From NCBI RefSeq assembly GCF_023055435.1, contig NW_025963857.1, positions 13,888,001-13,952,000 of the forward strand: 64,000 nucleotides of DNA, in the 5' to 3' direction. This DNA comes from Haliotis rufescens. Lineage: Eukaryota. Shown one piece after another: positions 60,901 through 64,000 of the stretch. Made by a program: the position numbers and the translations under genes. Under the pieces are notes generated by a model. That model was not told the origin of the DNA and ran no database searches. It saw only the letters and a program-made list of their open reading frames with translations. Positions within the stretch are counted from its first letter, which is position 1, and each line of letters begins with the position of its first letter.

Positions 60901-62440
60901 GTTCATTGGTGGGCTACCTCTCCTCCGTCACCACCTGGACCATCAGAGACAAGTTCGCCCGCATCACACAGATGGCCACCATCCTCAACCTGGAGCGGGT
61001 AGGTCACAGACACAGGACAAGGGAGTTAACTGATTGTAAAAGTCCACTTTCCACCCTTGCCGAACTAGACTGGAATTTCTGAGCTCGATCATAGTGCCAC
61101 CAGTGGCTATTACAAGTTATGTCCCTTCTATGTCCCTTTCCTCCCACATTAAACTGACATATAATATAATATAACTGGAATACTGTTAAAAGCGGCGTCA
61201 AACCCAACTCACCCACCCACCCTTCTATGTCCCTCCTATTGACCATTCAGATTTCACCTTTCATATCACTTATATTTGCTTCAAACAAAATGGTGGCACC
61301 CAGTCAAGATGATCTGATCGATAATCAAGTTATATATTGTAATAAAACCAGTCTTACTTTGCAAGGTGCATAAAATCATGTGAGCACCTTGATGAAAGCT
61401 GGAGCTTCAGTTATGGGGAATATTGCAACAGAGTCACTACTAGGTCAAATATGAGACTGTAGGTGATCCATCGCTGAGGTCCTGTGCTGTTATTACCAGT
61501 AGTAGACCAATCCAGCTTCAGTTATGGGGCATATTGCAACAGTCACTACTAGGTCAAATATGAGACTGTGTAGGTGATCCATTGCTGAGGTCCTGTGCTG
61601 TTACTACCAGTAGTAGACCAATCCAGCTTCAGTTATGGTGTTATTGCATCTTGGTGCAGTATGAGGCTGTTTTACGTGATCTTGTTGAAAACTTATAGTA
61701 ATTATAGTTATTTTGTTCAGCTGTTCAAGATAAATATTCGTAAATCTATGAAACTGTTCAATTGTGTTTCTCCAAACACCGGGGCGGTGGGGTAGCCTAG
61801 CGGTTAAAGCATTCGCCCATCATGCCGAAGACCCGGGTTTCGATTCCTGACCTTGGTACAATGTGTGAAGCCCATTTCTGGTGTCCCCAGCTGTGATATT
61901 GCTGGAATATTGCTAAAAGCGTAAAATCATACTGGCTCACTCACTTCTCCAAACATCATATTAACATAACTCAATGGCAATACCTTAATCCTTTTGAACA
62001 TTTTTCAGTAACTAAATTTAGCATGGTACTTTTCAGTTTGTTTTATCTATCTGCAAGATCCTTGAAGAGTTAATTACAAAACAGCATTACCTTCTTTGGT
62101 CTAACATATTCCCCTGATTCAGCATCTAACGTCTTTCCTGCTCTTCCCAGGTGTCAGAAATACTCGACTACTGGGGTCAGAATTCTGGACCTTTGACCTG
62201 GAGGTTGACCCCTACTGAAGTCAGGCAGGTGCTCAGTCTCAGGTGAGTTGATTACAGGTGTGATTGAGTACCACCTATAGCTGAAAACTGTCTCGATTTT
62301 TGCAACGTAAATGTTCATAGGTATTATTAACTTAGAATTATGGTAATATTTTGTTTTATGAACATGTATATTAACTGTGTTGTTATTTTTTCACCAGGGT
62401 GGACTTTAGAATAGAAGATATCAAGAGGCTGAAGTTATGA
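39817..62440 (+). CDS. COG4: Conserved oligomeric Golgi complex subunit 4, complete spliced CDS, 22 exons, 760 aa
   Basis: Motifs [90 protein letters not shown] match COG4. All introns are GT-AG and exons sum to 2283 nt in frame. Confidence 0.97.
41309..41391 (+). CDS. COG4: COG4 exon 2 (MTVEDELK...LHKA)
   Basis: TAG/GTGAGT. Confidence 0.92.
42453..42567 (+). CDS. COG4: COG4 exon 3 (PNLQILQ...LDLAK)
   Basis: CAG/GTAACG. Confidence 0.93.
42905..43006 (+). CDS. COG4: COG4 exon 4 (SRVSDCIE...EDYEK)
   Basis: CAG/GTAACA. Confidence 0.93.
43452..43543. mobile_element. Very short Tc1-like MITE (TA|CTACTCAAAAGAAATTAAGGACCAC TIR)
   Basis: Inverted ends; related copies at ~17685 and ~48172-48296. 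Confidence 0.7.
43730..43802 (+). CDS. COG4: COG4 exon 5 (AAGHIHRY...DNDE)
   Basis: TAG/GTGGGT. Confidence 0.92.
45105..45298 (+). CDS. COG4: COG4 exon 6 (GTLDISFK...YLAKK)
   Basis: CAG/GTACAA. Confidence 0.93.
45716..45872 (+). CDS. COG4: COG4 exon 7 (LSENADNQ...VETYY)
   Basis: CAG/GTAGGT. Confidence 0.93.
46008..46677. repeat. 65-66-bp minisatellite (~10 diverged units)
   Basis: Unit GACATCACCTGGCAGTATTGGCTATATCACATGGTATTATAGACTAGGACACCTGGTGTTATT. Confidence 0.9.
46678..46901. mobile_element. MITE (possibly PIF/Harbinger-like; 3-bp CTG TSD) containing a SINE B 3' fragment
   Basis: TIR GCCCACTTGCACAAAGCGATCTTAGC / GCTAAGATCGCTTTGTGCAAGTGGGC; degenerate relatives at ~5715-5820 and ~59063-59260. 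Confidence 0.75.
47123..47229 (+). CDS. COG4: COG4 exon 8 (PGKLLILL...DYEHK)
   Basis: CAG/GTAAGA. Confidence 0.93.
47784..47836 (+). CDS. COG4: COG4 exon 9 ([17 protein letters not shown])
   Basis: CAG/GTGAGT; phase consistent. Confidence 0.88.
47864..48130 (+). mobile_element. Retroposon family A, full-length copy
   Basis: TSD ACTTGTATGTCT. Confidence 0.9.
48660..49285. repeat. Pyrimidine-rich ~15-bp repeat (CACCGTCCTCTGTT-like) interrupted by SINE C
   Basis: Direct reading; runs up to the COG4 exon 10 acceptor. Confidence 0.85.
48884..49166 (+). mobile_element. tRNA-derived SINE family C (~280 bp, V-domain-like body)
   Basis: A box TGGCCCAGTCG, B box GGTTCGAATCC, GTGGGTTTC...TTTCCTCC, TSD TCACCATCCTCT. 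Other copies near 8144, 9506, 16030, 16385, 19709, 26392, 28438, 44515, 63812. Confidence 0.9.
49296..49392 (+). CDS. COG4: COG4 exon 10 (LEPKDLDV...KRRAL)
   Basis: CAG/GTAACA. Confidence 0.92.
49688..49730 (+). CDS. COG4: COG4 exon 11 ([14 protein letters not shown])
   Basis: CAG/GTAAGT; required to restore phase. Confidence 0.85.
50875..50993 (+). CDS. COG4: COG4 exon 12 (ECVDLDKY...EMVLK)
   Basis: CAG/GTAGGG. Confidence 0.92.
51315..51400 (+). CDS. COG4: COG4 exon 13 (AVNMDTLE...VKKSV)
   Basis: TAG/GTGTGT. Confidence 0.92.
51622..51847 (+). CDS. COG4: COG4 exon 14 (RTISSSSVD...KTLFL)
   Basis: CAG/GTCAGT. Confidence 0.93.
52178..52444 (-). mobile_element. Retroposon family A, full-length copy
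   Basis: TSD CTATTTGCAGTG. Confidence 0.9.
52813..52875 (+). CDS. COG4: COG4 exon 15 (TALNNAEV...KTILE)
   Basis: CAG/GTAAGA. Confidence 0.92.
53087..53143 (+). CDS. COG4: COG4 exon 16 (DEVSKLYS...RAKLE)
   Basis: CAG/GTTTGT. Confidence 0.9.
53217..58015. repeat. ~4.8-kb G-rich minisatellite with a 48-51-bp unit
   Basis: Unit GTCAGATGTGTTAGTCTGACCAGTGAGA(G/C)TGTGAGGATAGGGGTGGGG; fills most of COG4 intron 16. Confidence 0.98.
58298..58444 (+). CDS. COG4: COG4 exon 17 (SCLSDLGT...HNLTE)
   Basis: CAG/GTGGGA. Confidence 0.93.
58926..59009 (+). CDS. COG4: COG4 exon 18 ([12 protein letters not shown]...STFK)
   Basis: CAG/GTAGGT. Confidence 0.93.
59968..60069 (+). CDS. COG4: COG4 exon 19 (ATLTSGNY...STFNR)
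   Basis: TAG/GTCGGT. Confidence 0.93.
60870..60998 (+). CDS. COG4: COG4 exon 20 (LGGLQFDK...LNLER)
   Basis: CAG/GTAGGT. Confidence 0.94.
61403..61637. repeat. 111-bp direct repeat, ~2.1 copies
   Basis: AGCTTCAGTTATGG recurs at 61403, 61514 and 61625. Confidence 0.85.
62151..62242 (+). CDS. COG4: COG4 exon 21 (VSEILDYW...QVLSL)
   Basis: CAG/GTGAGT. Confidence 0.94.
62398..62440 (+). CDS. COG4: COG4 exon 22 ([13 protein letters not shown])
   Basis: CAG acceptor; TGA stop at 62438-62440. Confidence 0.93.
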
Positions 62441-63364
62441 CAGGACTGTTTACTCAAACCCAAACATGTCTTTCACTTTATCTCATCATTCCATAACCAA
62501 CATGGCTGTCTCATGGACAGGTCATGAGACCACAAGACAAGGGAGGTAACTCTCAAGACTACACACGATTGTAATGGCAGCATTATCTTTGATCTGAAAA
62601 AACATGGTAGTCTGTCTACCAAGAGTGATGTCCTTATAAACAACATGTGATTGAGGGCAGAGGGTGTAATATATGGAGGGAGTTTGATGGTGTACTGTCA
62701 ATAATATGCATGTGCTCCCAAGCTCCTCACAGTGACATCTCATTCCTGTAGCTTTCTATATTACTGCCTATCACCATGTTAGATGGCCTACAACCCTGTA
62801 TGGAGTTGTTCATCATGTTAACACTGTTGTGATGCTGTGTTCCTTAACTCTACTTCATTGTTTTGTGGATCAATGAGTGAGTATGGTTTTTACGCCGTTT
62901 TTAGCAATTGTCCAGCAATATCATGGCGGAGGTCACCAGAAATGGGTTTCACACATTGTACCCATGTGGGGAATCAAACCCGGGTCTTTGGCGAGGTGAG
63001 CAAACGCTTTAACCATGAGGCTACCCCACCTCACAGCCCTGTTTTGTGTTGAATAGAAGCTATACCTCCTTTTAACTTTCAGGTGAATAGTGTGATGAAA
63101 ATGTAAGAAGTTGGGTGATTGTCTATTTGTTTGCAATCTCAAATCGTTATTTTTGTAGGAATAACTATAAATTGATCTGATAAATAGAGAGTATGTCCTT
63201 TTGTCTTTTCAACAATTTACCACAATAACATTTCAGCAGACTTATATACTTTTAGGAACAAACTAAAATCATCTGGGAAATAGCAAGTAGCTCAGTATTC
63301 ATTTTCACAAATAATCAAACATCCATCTTCTCCCTGACATTCTCGTCATATTATTTACCGGATA

Positions 63365-63370
63365 ATTAAA
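63365..63370 (+). terminator. Possible COG4 polyadenylation signal ATTAAA
   Basis: Followed ~30 nt later by a GU/U-rich tract. Confidence 0.35.
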
Positions 63371-64000
63371 ACAAACTATTATTTCCATTTGATACACATT
63401 TTGAGTTTGTCGGCTTCGTGTTGATCATTTCATTGGTCGGTCAAAGTGTGTGAAAGGCCTCTCTAACGTGATCTGTGATGGGATGTTCTCCGATCTTTGT
63501 GAAGCGGTAGGAAGCACTTAGTTCGGATTTTAATGAGATTGGAATGGAACTCAAGTGACACCTACAAGGGGAGGTTATCCATAGTGGGAGGTGACAGTTT
63601 CTTATTGATGAGCTTATGTCCAAGCTCTTGCTCGCATCCCTCAAGAGCAGTCTGTGATACATAGAGGTTGCCTGACCAAGGGTGTCTGTCGATAGATCCT
63701 CAAAGCTCTGTGTCCAACACTTTTCGCTTTCTGCTCTGTCTACAAATTTGATTCTCAAGTGCATCATATCTCCATCATGTTATGATCAATACCCAGGAAC
63801 CATTGGCCACCAGGGGGCACATGTGGTCCTGTCATCTAAGGCGCCCAAATAAGGTTTGCCCTGATTACTTTTCTCAGTTTGTCAGCACCCTTGCTCGTGG
63901 GTTTCACTAAAGTGGTCAACGTCTAAGATCTGCATCACTTTGGGCTTTCCTCCCACATCTAGCTGACATACCATGATATAACTGGAATCCTGTTCCAAGT

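Noticed and set aside
6325-62440. U12-type or non-canonical introns, readthrough or frameshifts in either gene
   Set aside because: All 46 introns between coding exons are GT-AG without the GTATCCTT signature; reading frames close without recoding

Overview
Eukaryotic (animal) genomic DNA. The SINE repertoire with (TGAG)n tails and a CvA/pearl-like element suggests a gastropod mollusc, probably abalone-like (inference). The window holds two complete, intron-rich housekeeping genes arranged head-to-head across a ~0.6 kb shared promoter region. SF3B3/SAP130 is on the minus strand (26 coding exons, 37800->6325, 3654 nt = 1217 aa + stop). COG4 is on the plus strand (22 coding exons, 39817->62440, 2283 nt = 760 aa + stop). 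The same divergent pair exists in human. All introns I traced are GT-AG and all exon phases add up. The main non-coding discovery is a birth-and-death family of a box C/D snoRNA inside SF3B3 introns, with a D' guide to 28S 'UGAAACACGGA' (SNORD126-like). It comprises five near-identical copies (three in one intron through tandem duplication), one box-C-less divergent copy and one copy destroyed by a SINE. Other signals are a candidate recursive splice site and a candidate poison exon in SF3B3, a strong sense-orientation bias of SINEs that flips at the promoter, and a tRNA-headless retroposon with a pseudoknotted 5' end. The window also contains MITEs (including a 6-bp-TSD family), a Helentron-like element, a Tc1 relic and several minisatellites. 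There is one assembly gap (19579-19708). Repeat coordinates are approximate.
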